A stretch of DNA of 64,000 bases from Paraspadella gotoi (GCA_051294375.1 CM119266.1:19479657-19543656); one strand, 5' to 3'; counted from the stretch's first letter, positions 11,290-27,845 are shown. Numbers and translations: made by a program. The notes: generated by a model not told the origin, from the sequence alone.

Positions 11290-14142
11290 ATGAAATTTCT
11301 TGCAGTGTTTTTCGGTAAGCGGCATACGCCAAAATTACAAATTAGAATTTCGTTTTCTTTTTAACTTTATTTTTATTTTTTGACGGACGCAGGGGCGCTG
11401 ATCGCCGTCTCGACTTCCAGTGCGACGGAGATCTTGACTTCAGACGAAATCGATAATTTTGTTTCATCGAATCCGATCAAAGAAGATGAAGATCGAACCA
11501 CAGACGAGATCATTAGGGACGCGGGGACAGCCGAAGGTCATTTAAAGACATTCCACATGTATAGGTTTTCGGATATGTCTAGATTATAAGCAAAATGTTA
11601 ACGGCTCGGGTGCTTGTGTGATAGTGTAAATAATTAAAGCTTCCGCTTAAAACGACAGGCGCGGCCGAAGCCGCTGGCTATAGCCAGATGGTAAACGTAG
11701 AAATGGACATGCATATGGATCCAATGCAATATGAACTCGTCTATAAAAACCTCTCCGGATTCGCCGGAGCAGGAATGGCGAATAAATATTATCGGTGGCC
11801 CAAAGCAGTCATTCCTTACACGTGCGTAGTTCTTCTCGACAATAGAAAAATGACTCATTTCAGTTATAAACTTGGTACAGCCAGCCAAAGCTATCCATTT
11901 ATTTAATAAATATCTTTCCCCTGACTCTGGACCGGCTATGTTATGTTAAGGCCTCCGTCCCTCTTACAATCAAGACTAGTTTATTAGTCTAGTTTATTAA
12001 CTCCCAGAGTACCTGGCTTCCCTATCAATGAAGTGGTATAATATTTCTAAGGATGTGTCAATTTCATTTAAGGATTACTCCCTCAAGTATTAGCTCTGAC
12101 TGCATTAACTTTGTTCATTAGGATCGACGGTTCCTTCCGCGGCGGATACCGCGATGTCATCTTTTCCGCGATGAAGGAATGGCAAGAGAAGACCTGCATT
12201 CGTTTCGAGCCAGCCGGATCTGCGGCTACACGAAACCTCGGCCATCGCGACTCTATCAGATTCATAAATGGGGTAATTATTAAATGGGGTAATTATTGCA
12301 TAATGCATATTGTCTGTAATAAATAATGACCTTCAGAGAGGATGTTACTCCATGGTTGGCTGGACCAGAGGCGGTCACCAAGTTTCCCTTCAACATGGAG
12401 GCTGCACGTATCATTCCACAGCTTTGCACGAGATCGGTCACACCATAGGTAATTTTAAATGTTACGATAGTTCTCTTAAATTTCGACTGTAATTTTTTTT
12501 CCCCATCGCGTTTCTTTTATGACAGGATTACATCATGAACAGTGTCGAAAAGATCGTGACGATGCCTTGGTTATTCAATTGCAAAACGTCGAAAGTTCTC
12601 AAAGGTTATTATTTTGTTTGACGTAGTTAGTTATTGTACTTAATCACAAATTGTTTTGCACTGACGATGAATAGAAAACTATTCGAAACATATATATGCA
12701 AATTAAAGACAAAATTCGTTGCGAAAACCAATATTTTTTCTCTTGTATTTATTCAATAATCTTAATAATCTTTATTTAGAAATCTTTATCTGAAAAATTT
12801 GTATTCACAATTTTTAAGTAAAAATCTTGAATCGAAAATTTCTTATAAAAAATTCGCATTAAAAATCAATAATTTAAAATTTTGAAGCGAAGATCGTGAA
12901 TTAACGATCTTTGAATTGATAATCTTGAATTCATTTAAATAGTAATTTGGCTGTCGAGATCCCTGTATTTTGAATATGGTTGCTCCAGGTTCAACTTCAA
13001 TAAAATGTCACAAACGCACCATTTCGGGATGCCCTATGATTATTGTTCTATCATGCACTACGGTCCGTACGCCTTCTCATACAACAGACGAATGGCTGTC
13101 ATTACGAGAAACCAGGTAAAAATTAATTTAAACATAATCGGTGAAAATTAATGCTAGCTTATTAGCGATTATTGTGACATAACGTCTATCGCAGGACTTT
13201 CAATTTTCAATCGGTGCAGAAAAGCACCTCACCTACACGGACGAACGAATCGTGAATATCATGTATGACTGTAACTCGCACTGCACGAAGGACGACTCGT
13301 GCAAAGAGCCCTGCTATAAGAACCACAAATGCGCCTGCATCTGCCCGAAACCCTGCCCCAAACGACCCTGCACCTCGCGACTCAGCAGTTCCGATTGCAA
13401 CGGTCTCAAGAGGTTTCTCGGTAACAAGCTTATAACCGGCGACTACGGAAACGGAGTCCCCGGTGGCGGCAACGGCGGCGGAGAAACCGGTTTGTTAATC
13501 AGTATTGGCAGTAGCTATAAAATTTTACTTTTCGCACATATAATGTATGCCTATATGTTATATATACAATGTGGCGTTTTCAACATCGCCGCGTATAACT
13601 CTCATTCCCGATTCCCGTTGATATGATCCCATGCACGTTTGACGGAGTCGTATTAAATGCTACCGTGATTGGCAGGGGGGATCTTGCTTAGATCCCAAAC
13701 CCGCTGACCCGTTGCCCAAAAAGTCCAAGTATTAATCTTAACAGTAATTAAAGTCATAGAAATATTTTTTTTTAAAATAAGGTATTGAATTTAATTTATA
13801 CTGGAGAATAAGAATTAAGATATTTACATATTGATAAGATGGAAGATGATTTATTTTTAAGGCGGTGGAGATGGTGGAGATGGTGGAGATGGTGGCGATG
13901 GTGGAGACGGAAATGGAGTCAACTGCGTCAACAAACACGAACGATGTGACGAGTGGGAGGGACGTGGAGAATGTCAGAACAACGGCCATTACATGATACC
14001 CAATTGCCCTAAAGCCTGTGGATACTGCAAAAATTGTCGTAATGCGAACGAAAGATGTCAAGAGTGGGCCGACCGGGGCGAATGTCAGAATAACCCATGG
14101 TACATGATTCCAAACTGTAATAAAGCCTGTCAACTTTGTTAA
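11290..14142 (+). CDS. Secreted astacin (M12A) zinc metalloprotease with a Cys-rich module, Gly-rich linker and two C-terminal ShKT domains
   Basis: Signal MKFLAVFFGALIAVSTSSA; RWPKAVIPY; WQEKTCIRF; GCYSMVG; zinc motif HEIGHTIGLHHEQCRKDRD across the intron at ~12448-12525; Met-turn SIMHYG (~13047); GGDGGD linker; ShKT domains CVNKHERCDEWEGRGECQNNGHYMIPNCPKACGYC and CRNANERCQEWADRGECQNNPWYMIPNCNKACQLC*. AATAAA at ~14167. Confidence 0.92.
11872..12030 (+). repeat. Dispersed intronic repeat family, copy 1 (astacin intron)
   Basis: Shares atttaataaat...cccctgact...taaggcctcc...aatcaagact...actcccagagtacctg with the copy at 31468-31650. Confidence 0.7.
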
Positions 14143-14368
14143 GAAACGATAAGTACTCAAACGTGAAATAAAATAGCCGATATGGCATAATTTGAATTGA
14201 AAAAAAAAAATCTTTTTTCTCGAAGAGGGATAGTCATAGAGATATAGAGATAGAGGCAGACGTGAGTGGGATGAGAAAAACCTGACGACGTCTCCGAGGC
14301 GTCATGTCAACAGCACGCGACTCATTTCATCTTTATTATTTTTGCATCGATTTTTTTTACAAAAAAAA

Positions 14369-17128
<2,760 letters not shown>

Positions 17129-17744
17129 TTGAATTTTACTGCAGTTCCAATATATTTTATATCTTTGACCCGCCACTAGCGCATGCACCGTTTAATGGTA
17201 TAATTTTTATTTCATACTTACATATATAAGACAAACTTTCAGCTGAAGGGAAAAAAAATATTTAGTTTCTTTATTATTCAGAAAAACCTTATTATTTAAG
17301 CATAAAAATTGAAAATAAATACGTAAATTTTATATTGGCTTTACCAATTTTCTTTGATTGGCTGAAATCATTTAATTAGATATACACTGGGGTGATTATT
17401 TCGAGCATAAAACTTGGGTACTGGGTTGCTAATTTTATATTAATCCTTATTTTAAAAAATACTAACAATGAACCGTGAACTTTAGAACCCTGAACAGTGA
17501 ATACTGAAAAGAAAAAATACTAAAAAACAAAAGATATATTTCCACAAAAAATTACCGACATCCGAGAATAAGAAAGATTTTAAAAAAATGAATTGAAATT
17601 TAGCAAATTGTCCTGAAGAATGGTTTCGTAAAGATATGGAATTGTATCACGTATGTTTTAACTTACAACCCTTGCGCCTTCTCCCTTTCTTGAGAGTTAT
17701 AACTTATGTTTTTTCTTCCTCGATTCTCATTTTAATAGTTTAAA

Positions 17745-17800
17745 GTTCCGGCTGAGCCAGGGATGAACTCCCGACCTCCGCGCTCCTTTACCTCCAAGTC
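17745..17800 (-). mobile_element. Possible tRNA-derived SINE remnant
   Basis: Minus strand reads gcgcggaggtcgggagttcatccctggctcagccgg, resembling a pol III B-box/T-arm. No complete cloverleaf. Confidence 0.3.
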
Positions 17801-18697
17801 TCAAAATCCCTAAGCTTTTCATTCGAAATAAATAATGTTTGGGCGCTGAAACCAGCTGACCCAAGCGGATAGATGATGAGGAGCGAGTGAATGTTTTCCT
17901 GCGCCTCGTGTCTCTCTCTCTCTCTCTCTCCCTTGGCTTGGTTCACACGGCTCAGAGCACGACTTTATCCTCCACATCGCGTTGTCGTCACTGTCGTCGC
18001 GGAAAACCAAAAAGCCAGCGTTCACGGTGAGACGCTGGCTCATCTCTGTTGAATCACATTCACGATATAAAAAAAAATATAAAGGAGTATCCACCAATTT
18101 CACCAGCGTTCATCATTTTTTCAACGGATGTTTTTTTGTTTTTCGAGGCAAATAGTTTTTTCAATACTAGTTATCTCGGATGTTGAAAGAAATATGATAC
18201 CAAGTCAAGTTAAAAAACTCAATTACAACAACGACAACAAATAACAAAAATCACTCTTGAGTGAAAGTAGATCTGCTGTGACGTGTTATTTTATCCGAAG
18301 GCGAAGATATTCTCGATCCGAATTCTTGTCAGGAATGAAGAGAGAATATTTTCAAGAAAGCCGCCGTGTCGGAAAAAAAGTTCATCTTTTAAAAGCAGTG
18401 TACTTGCAACTAATAGAATTAGCGGTAATATACCTTCACTTCAACACTAACGAATTCAAACTGATGAAACCTTCCTCGGAGAATTTTATCTTCTATCTTG
18501 AATCTTAAAGTGAAAAACTAAATGTAACAAAAACTGTTTTAAGAAAATCATGAATAATAGTGATTTAAAATTTTCAAGTACATGCTAATTGTAATAAACA
18601 ATTAACTCATTCTACTACGAATTCTTCAGTTTTTGTCACGCCAATTTATGACAGTCACTTAAATTTCATATCGGAAAAGATTTTACATTTTTTTACG

Positions 18698-21139
18698 ATG
18701 TTGACGCCGAAGGATGACCCCGCCTCCGATAAAAGACTCACGGACGAGTCACGACCAGCGGTACGACGGAGTCTTTGGTCTCACGTGACTTTCGTGTTTT
18801 CATTGGCGTCGTCGCTCGTCTTCGGAGTCGTCATGCACATCCTAGACTGGATCACGGATGCGGAGACTATAAGGCTTTATCTCGTCTCAGAAGACTACAA
18901 ATTCGCCTCAATTCTTCTTGCTTTCTTGTTGCTGTACATCATTGTATCCGCCTGTTATGGCATTCGCTACATAAGTAGTCGATCCATCGTCTACGGAGCA
19001 TTGTGGCGTCGCCACCAAGCGGTACGGGCGGCGGTCGTGATCCTTCACTGCCTCGGTCTTGGTTCGGTCGCGCTCAATCTCGACTTGGCGGCGACCAAGT
19101 TGAGGGTGAGGCTAGGGAAAAAAGACGAACGCGCTGAGGAGCATCTTTCGATTAAAGTGCGACACTGCACGGCTATGTCGCTTATTCACGCTTTCGTGGG
19201 TGAGTCTACAAATTGGTATATTTTATATTATATACAAAAATATTTTTTTAGATACGTCTACCATAGAAAATAAATTTTAACGCCCCGCTTAGATGATTTT
19301 GAAAGAGAGAGGTAAGAGTTAGATTTTTTTGTGGTCGCTTGTGAAAAAATCACAAATGCCATAAAGATGCAAGACCAATCAGTCGAAATTTTCTCAGTTA
19401 AAACCTTTTGCAACCATTCCCGCAATTATTTGTTTGCTCTGTTTTCTTTCAGAAAAAAAAGTTAAAATTTAATTTGTCATTGATTTGTCAATGATTTAAA
19501 ATATGTTCTAAGTCAAAATAACGTTGAAATAATAGCCGAATAATAATAAAGGAAAAGATAATTTGCAAGTAAACAATTTGATTTTGTGGCGGAGACTTTG
19601 AGTCGCCTCTCCACAAATTGCATCGATACGAACTTAACTGGCCGAGCGTGATAACGCATCATCCAATTCAAGGAGGTTAACCGTTAAGGCAGCCCACGCC
19701 TCAAGTATCACAAGCGGTTCCTCCGCGCTTGCCAATAAATATTATTTAATCACTGTTTAAAGAAGAAGGGGAAGACATTTACAGCTGTTGTATTGTTTGA
19801 GTCCTTGTTTTTTCATCTAATACATATATTTACTTTTATTCGTAACAGGATTTAGATTAACGGTAATATGTACGTAGAAGGAGCCTTATACGCGTTAATT
19901 TTCTCATTACTTACAGAATCCTTCCCGCAACTTCTTCTGCAAACTGTGTTCATCTTCATAAAGGAAACTTATCGAACAAACGTGCAGTGTTTCCCTACGT
20001 CTCTCGGTTCAAAAGGAAACGCCACTCTCTGGCGCGTCAAGACTAACGGCAGCGTTGAAGACACTAACGACGCCTGCATTTGCTCGGATAGTAAAGTGTC
20101 GACGACCTGCATCTGGCCTTTGGAATTCGTGTTCGTTGTCAGCATCGTTATGTCGTTATCTTCTTTATCGCTGAATACCGTGCGTCACGGTCCTGTCGCC
20201 TTCATGGAAGAGGAGGCCAACCGTCATCCAGAGTCGCTTCCAGTTCGACCTTCCTTTCTTGTCAAAACGGGATTGTATATATGTGGTCTGCTTGCCGGGT
20301 TGCTCGGCCTTTTCGGCTTTGTCTTTCTTGAAACCGCTTGGAGTTTCATGACAACGCCTTACTTCCTCGGGCTTCTTCCACTCGTACTATTGCAGATAAC
20401 CCAGCCAAATTGGCTCGCCTTCATGTGGCACCGTATTCGGAAAACTGAAACTGTGTCGATCGGGAGTGTTGTTCACCACCGCGGCGTCTGGTGGCGCTTT
20501 TTCCTTCTCTTGTCACCATTTGCATACGTGATCGTCACGGCGCCTATCAGCGTTTTTCTAATGTTCAAGTATTTGCCTCAGCTTTCTGACCTCGTCGGCG
20601 ACTACCGACCACTAATCGTATTTTCCGACGTGAACGTTAGCGTGGCCACAAACTGCGCTTTCTACCCTCACGGAATGGAGGACCCAAAACGATGGAGTTT
20701 TGCCGTGGCCGACGTGTATCCGAACTGTCGGAAAGACGAGAGCCTCGAATTCGTCGTCACTAACGGCACCAACGAGAAAATGTTGGAATTAGGAAACGGA
20801 CTTCTCATGGCGCCCGGCGATCTTCTTCACTGCCTCGTTCGTTGCGGAGCCATATTCTTCGGAGCGATATTCGCACTCGTTCAAATGGCGATTTTTCGAA
20901 CAGAGGCTGGGTTCCCCTCAAGACCGGCCATTTGTCTGTTCATCTTCGGGTTGCTCGGGATTTTGAACGAACTTCTGTTGATGTATAATCAAAACTACGA
21001 AGATTCAGAAATAACACTAGCGTTTGCAGTGGCATCTTTGTTTTATTTTATCCTTGTCATTGTATTTGCCGTCACACCTATTTGCCTACTTTGCCGAAAA
21101 TTTTTTCGGTGTTGTTGTCGTGTCTGTTGCGATCAATAA
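18698..21139 (+). CDS. XK-related (XKR/CED-8 family) multi-pass membrane protein, putative phospholipid scramblase, 2 exons
   Basis: Exons 18698-19199 and 19917-21139 join to SLIHAFVESFPQLLLQ, matching the XK-family ESxPQLxLQ motif. N-terminal TM with LDWITD, many hydrophobic segments and a Cys-rich C-tail. Confidence 0.75.
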
Positions 21140-21425
21140 GATTTTCTTATTTATGAAAGTTGCAAATTTACTTGTTTCACTGTCTTTGACACTTTTAAGT
21201 TTTATAATTTTAATAAGTTTTATAACTTTTACTAATTAATTAATATGTAGTATTTGATGCATATATTGCATAATTGCATGCACACTGAGAGGCTTTTTGC
21301 ATAGTGCGCTGACTTTTAGATAAGTAGTAATGAAGTATTAACACTAAAGTATTTACGTCAAAAATCTGTATTTAAAAAATGACCAGAGATCGCCTCAGTT
21401 ACGTACACTGTCATAATTGCTTTCG

Positions 21426-22433
<1,008 letters not shown>

Positions 22434-22690
22434 CTTAACAAGTCTATAGAAAAGTTGACTAATGTATCGCACTATTAAGTTGCGATAATCTACGAGAGAT
22501 GATTTTTTACATTTGAAAAGTGGATAATGTTAAATAAGTAAAAATTACCATATTAAATTTAAAAAATTACAAAAAAAGTTAGCTTCATCGTTGAATAATT
22601 CCATTGTGATTATTGATAGAGACTAGAGAGCTTAAGATATAATCAAATCAAAAGGTCCTCCTGCGGCGAACAAGCGAAAGGCAAACGGAT

Positions 22691-24678
22691 TCAACGAGTA
22701 GTAGTGTTAAACTGAGTGAAGTAGTGAGCTGTAGGAGGATTTGTATACACGACATTGTCCATGTAATCCCTTTGATCTTGCTGCTCCTTTGCAAGTTCCA
22801 AATTTTTCGCATCCTATACAAGAAAACGAAAAATTAAAAGTCTCGTCAAGCAATATATCGTCATATTACCTTGGCTTACCTGTTGAGCTCGAACATTTTT
22901 AGTTTTCTCCATTTCTGCCTTTTCCATGAGAATTGCAGCCCTCGCCGCGGCCACTCGCTGCCGTTCCCATTCTTCTTCGATGCGTCTTTCCTCCTCCCGA
23001 TTCTTCGCATTTTCTATTTGTTGTTTCGCCTTTGAGAATTGAAATTTTAATTTTTCTTTTATAAACATATTATATAATTTAACGTTTATAAATCTATTGT
23101 TTTTCACCATTGGTTATTGTTTCAAGACGTCCTGTTTCATAATTTTTACGTGGATTTGCTTTACCTGTGTATCCTTTATGATTTCCAATTGATCGGCTCT
23201 CATTCCCTTCCACCTATCGGCGACGACGCGGTGTGGCCCAAAGGCGCTGCGAGCGACGTCGGGATTTTCGGTTAAGACGTCACCGTAAATGTGATTCGCG
23301 ATGTCCGTCAAATTGTCGTCCTCTTCGGCCTAAAGTAAAAAAGAAAGATATGTATAAAGGAGACGTTCTGTTGTTCACCTTCCCGCTCTAACTGTACCTG
23401 CTTGTCCCTCGACCTTCTTGATTCCATGTCCTTCGCAAGAGCTTGATTATAGTTGTCGGTGGCCATCTTAACTTGTTGCCTCGTCGTCTCCTCGAGTTTC
23501 TCCAACTCGAGGGCGCGAAGGTCGAGTTCGATTCGTTTGAGGTCGTAGAGTCTGTCAGCTTCCTTTTGCCGAAGACGTTGCTCCTCCTTTTCTTTCGTCT
23601 GTAAGTTTAATGAACGTTTTTTCAAAACAAAAAAGTTATTGTTCAGTCATGATAAAACTGGTAGGGAAAGAAAAGAAGGAAAAAAAGAGGAAGGTATTAA
23701 AGAAAGAAAGAAAGAATGAAAAGAACCAACATGAAAATTATTCATTAATTCAATAAATAAGCTATAATAAGTCCTTGGACAATGGACAGGCTCTAATGGG
23801 CTTTAAGATAATAACATAGCAAACAGTTTATTAACTCCCAGAGTATAATCAATTATATATATATATATCCCAATTATATTATATTAAATACATAAAGCGA
23901 ATTCTATGTGGAAGCGAACCTGAGCGTCGAGCCACTCTCGGTTTTGCTCCGTTTGATAAGCCTTTCTGGCTTTGGTGTTCACATCCTCGCCTTCGAACTT
24001 CTGTAGAGAGGCAGGTCCGCATCGAGGATCGTCGTCTGAAACACGCGCCGACTTGTCCTTTAATTTCCCCTTAGGGTCGTTCAGATCCCACTCTCTAGCG
24101 TCCTCAGGCCGCTGATTAATTTCCCTAAAGATTTTTTTACATATTAGTAATTATTATATTACTTATAAGATAAATGATGTTTGTCATGTCAATAACCTTA
24201 CCGGTAAGAATTTTCCGCTTTGTTAAGTTCTCTTCTGTCATTTTCCTGTCTCTGCTCGAGCAATAGAGCTATTTTGTCCGCACGAACTGCGTCCGTCCAA
24301 AATGCTTCGCTGCGGAGTTTCTCGCGCTCTTCTCTACATTAATTATTATTATGTGAATAGCTTCATCAATCATCATAAACTATTGCTGAAATGAATAAAA
24401 AATGAGATGCAATATTACCTATATGCTTTGTCCTTTACTTGTTGACTGATTGCGTCGACATCAATGCCAATTGTTCGAATTTTAGAGTTAAAGATTCGAC
24501 TCTTTCTCGCCTCTTCCTGTAATAAAAAAAATTAATTAAAATTAAAATGATCATTATTCGGCAATAAGTTGGGTTGATATTCTTAAATAATTTAAAAATT
24601 AATGGATTTAACCTGATTTCGTCGCCGTTCTATGGCCGCCTGTTGTCTCTGATCAAGCGGGAGATCGAGCTTATACAT
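22691..24678 (-). CDS. RIBC2: RIB43A-like axonemal microtubule inner protein (RIBC1/2), 8 exons
   Basis: Starts [20 protein letters not shown] and continues [19 protein letters not shown]...[22 protein letters not shown] and [27 protein letters not shown]. Ends [18 protein letters not shown]. All typical RIB43A motifs; paralog not resolved. Confidence 0.92.
23722..23845 (+). repeat. Dispersed intronic repeat family, copy 2 (RIB43A intron)
   Basis: aaccaacatgaaaattattcattaattcaataaataagctat...agtttattaactcccagagta matches the copies at ~11.9, 31.5 and 48.2 kb. Confidence 0.6.
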
Positions 24679-24789
24679 TTCCCTGTTTTTTAATGGTTTT
24701 TTATCTGCAAATGACGAATAGAGTGAAACACTGGAAATCTGATAATTTACACACATGATTTTATTTCCAAAGGAATTTACAAAAACGAT

Positions 24790-27051
24790 CTATTTGAGAT
24801 CATACTGTAACACTCGAGTAGGTGGAATTTCTAACTCGCTGTTCACTTTACTATGAATGTACTGTTGCAGCAGCAACCGCAGTTCGGCATTTTGTTGACG
24901 CAATGCGTCAGTTTCTGTCAAAAGTTTAGAGCGCTGCGTCAGCGTTTGCTTGTATCGGTCCAGTCCGCCTTGCAGGGCATCCCAGGTTTTCTTCTTAGTA
25001 TCTGAGAGGGCGTTGGTGTAAAGCTTCCAATACTTGGAGTCTTCTGAGTCATCTCGTTCATCGATGACAGCGACTTGAAAGGAATGAGTCTTGGAGCCCG
25101 TTTTTTGCTGAAATTTGGGATGCTCCTCCACGAAGGCCTTCATGGCTTTGAGGACGTCGTTGGGATGGATAAGTTCCGCATTGTCTTCGTCGAGGACTCG
25201 ATCTCCGTCATCGCGGCGGTTGGCGACGCCGCTTTCTTCTAACGCTTCATCTTCGCCAAACTCAGAACTTTCCGGCATCGACTCCGTCAAGGGCGACCTC
25301 ACTCTCGAGCCGTCATCGTCCGCCGCCGATGCTCCCGTTGTTCCTACTTCCGACGCCGAGGCCGAGGGATTCTTCATTCGGAGAAAAAATTGGGTGAGCT
25401 TAAAGATGTCGTCTTCGGTTTCAACCCCGAGGGCGAGAAAAATAGCGTCGAGTCGAATCATTGACTGCTCATAGCGATCGAGCGGCGCCAGAATCCGATG
25501 GAGGCGCGACTCGACTAGGAATCCTCCCTCGTCGCAAATGAGCTGCAGAATCTTCTTGATAGTTGTGGTGGAGATGCGGCGGAGTAATTTGCTGTTCAAT
25601 CCGACCTCCTCTTCTTTCTCCAAGTCGGTCCCCTCGGTCATTATCATGGTTTGACTCTTCGACGCGGCATCTAAATCAGAATCTCCCAACAGAACCTCAT
25701 GCAAAACTCTCGAGGCAGAGACCGATTGCTTTTTGCTTTTTTCGCTCACGACCGGTCCCTGGTTTTCGAGGAACTCCAAGTTTGGCGGAGTCCACCGCTT
25801 TCCTAATTGTTGCTCCGTAATAACGCGATCGCACTCCATTACACCTTCGAGCATTTCTTTGCATTCTTTCTCGTTCATGAGCCAAACCTCGTGAAATTTG
25901 TCTAAATCCGCGGCCATAAAATGACGAGACTTTTTCTGCAAATCCTTGAACTGCTGTGTAATGCGCTTGTAGTCGTCTGTCAGCTGTGTATTTTCGTCGC
26001 GGTAAGTCTTCTCCTGTTTGGTGATTTTCAGTCGAAGATTGTTGAGTGTGTCTTGCAGTCGAGTAATTTTTCTTTTCTGCTGAGACTTGGTGATTGTGTT
26101 CTCTTCATCGCGTTTCTTCAGAACCTGGAAATTATACTCCAGCTTCTCCTGATTCAGCTGATAGGTGGCTTTCATTTGCTGCAACTGCTGCTCAAGGATT
26201 GTCACGTCAGATTCTAGCTTTCGTTTCACGTTGTTATACTCTTCGGCGTCTTGAACTCTCAAAAGTTGTATCTGTTTCTCGTATTCCTCGACTCGATTTT
26301 CTCTTTGCTTCATAAACTCGTTTTCCTTTTCTCGCCTGTCCCTCATCATATTCTCCCAACCGGATCTCTGCTCATTTAACAATTCGTTTCGTTCCTCCAC
26401 GAACGCCTTCTCTATCTCGTCCAACTCTTCGCGGTAAGCCCTGGTCAAGTTTTTCACTTGTTCGTCCATTCTTTCGATCATAAGGTCGATATCCTCAGCC
26501 TGCTTCTTCAAATCTCTCACATATTGATCATCCCTGTTTTTAAGCTCCATCTGAAAATCATTGATGAGTTGATTCTTTTCGAAGATCATAGCATCGCACT
26601 GTTCTCTTTGCGACATTAGCATTTCGTACAATTCTTGAGGGATTTCCTTGGACACATTTATTTCCCATTTTTTGACGATTTCGTCGAATTTTTCAAGACT
26701 CGTTTTAGCTTCGTTTTCGAGCCTTTCGCGTCGCTGCCTTCTGTTCTCCTCTTCCTCCCCTCTTCGTTGACCTTCGCGGGCGTCGCCAGCGACTTGGATG
26801 TTTGTCACGAGCTCTGTTCCATCCGCCACAAGCTTCGCTAGTCTTTTTCGACTTTCTTCTATTTGCTGTTTGCTTTTGCTAGCGACTTCTTTGATTTCGT
26901 TGGATGTGTTGGGATCTTCTCCCATCGCCTCGCGGCGAGCGGCTTCTATGCGTTTAAATATACGCATTCGTCTCGCCGCCATTCTAACTTCCGACTCATC
27001 CGACTCCACGGTTGGTATCGGGTGATCGCTTTCGGTTTTCGCATTGCTCAT
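24790..27051 (-). CDS. DRC1: Dynein regulatory complex subunit 1 (DRC1/CCDC164), intronless 753-aa ORF
   Basis: Coiled-coil protein with LEQQLQQMKATYQLNQEKLEYNFQVLKKRDEEN, QQKRKITRLQD, LICDEGGFLVE, RLDAIFLALGV and C-terminal LRQQNAELRLLLQQYIHSKVNSELEIPPT. Confidence 0.93.
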   Translation of the reverse strand: MSNAKTESDHPIPTVESDESEVRMAARRMRIFKRIEAARREAMGEDPNTSNEIKEVASKSKQQIEESRKRLAKLVADGTELVTNIQVAGDAREGQRRGEEEENRRQRRERLENEAKTSLEKFDEIVKKWEINVSKEIPQELYEMLMSQREQCDAMIFEKNQLINDFQMELKNRDDQYVRDLKKQAEDIDLMIERMDEQVKNLTRAYREELDEIEKAFVEERNELLNEQRSGWENMMRDRREKENEFMKQRENRVEEYEKQIQLLRVQDAEEYNNVKRKLESDVTILEQQLQQMKATYQLNQEKLEYNFQVLKKRDEENTITKSQQKRKITRLQDTLNNLRLKITKQEKTYRDENTQLTDDYKRITQQFKDLQKKSRHFMAADLDKFHEVWLMNEKECKEMLEGVMECDRVITEQQLGKRWTPPNLEFLENQGPVVSEKSKKQSVSASRVLHEVLLGDSDLDAASKSQTMIMTEGTDLEKEEEVGLNSKLLRRISTTTIKKILQLICDEGGFLVESRLHRILAPLDRYEQSMIRLDAIFLALGVETEDDIFKLTQFFLRMKNPSASASEVGTTGASAADDDGSRVRSPLTESMPESSEFGEDEALEESGVANRRDDGDRVLDEDNAELIHPNDVLKAMKAFVEEHPKFQQKTGSKTHSFQVAVIDERDDSEDSKYWKLYTNALSDTKKKTWDALQGGLDRYKQTLTQRSKLLTETDALRQQNAELRLLLQQYIHSKVNSELEIPPTRVLQYDLK

Positions 27052-27504
27052 TTTGATTAATATTTATAAGTATAGATGAAAGTTATGTCAAATTTAATTT
27101 GGGGTTGTTTTTTTTTTCTAAAAAAATTTTTTTTAAAAAGAATAGGGAAAATATTTAAACCGCCGTTAATTATTGATATTTAGTAATTTACATGAAAATC
27201 GGAATCAACAATAAAATGAATGACGATAATTCCAAATGATAAAGGTGATTTTGCCTGTTTATAACGACACTGTTATTTTATGTTACTTTATGAACAAATA
27301 ATTGGCTGGGAAACTTTTTTGCAGTTTTTTGTTGTGCTAAAAGAAAAACAACAAGAGTCGATTTTAGAATTCGGAACATTAGATGTAGTACGATGTATTC
27401 AATTCTATACTATAATACAGTACTATATATACTATAGTCTATTTACTATATTTACAGTGTCGCTAAGCTGAGATGTTGAAATGAAAGTGTTTTTGCTGCT
27501 GCGA

Positions 27505-27517
27505 ATCTCTTAGCAAC
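27505..27517. promoter_or_regulatory. Candidate RFX X-box (ATCTCT-T-AGCAAC) in the DRC1/INTS2 divergent promoter region
   Basis: Fits the relaxed X-box consensus RYYNYY-N1-3-RRNRAC with a strong TAGCAAC half-site. About 450 bp upstream of the DRC1 ATG, next to a GC-rich island (27520-27600). Confidence 0.5.
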
Positions 27518-27845
27518 ATTGCGGCAGAGCGGCGGCGCGGCCGCTGCTGTTCTTCTCTGCCTTTTCATCGATTGCAGCGTTTTGAGCGGCCGAATCTTGA
27601 AGTATTATAAATGGCCTAGTACCAGGCCATGCAAAATTATCATTTTACTTAAATGTCTTTTATAAATGTTAAAATGAAGGCTGCCTCAGTTATTGCATAT
27701 TTACTTGTTAGTCATTTTCAATTGATTGGATGATTGTATTTTCTTTTCTCAGTATCGCAATGATTTTCCATTGTCGGAATCTTCTTTGACGTTGAAGTCT
27801 TATCGATGAAAATCATCGTGCTCCACGTGGTGACGGAAGTTCACA

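Noticed and set aside
17745-17800. tRNA gene (also considered the A-box-like tggccgagcg at ~19640)
   Set aside because: No complete cloverleaf; at best SINE remnants.
25115-27060. Plus-strand ORFs overlapping DRC1, and similar antisense ORFs over INTS2, caspase, kelch and PSMC5
   Set aside because: Shadow frames of conserved genes with no motifs of their own.
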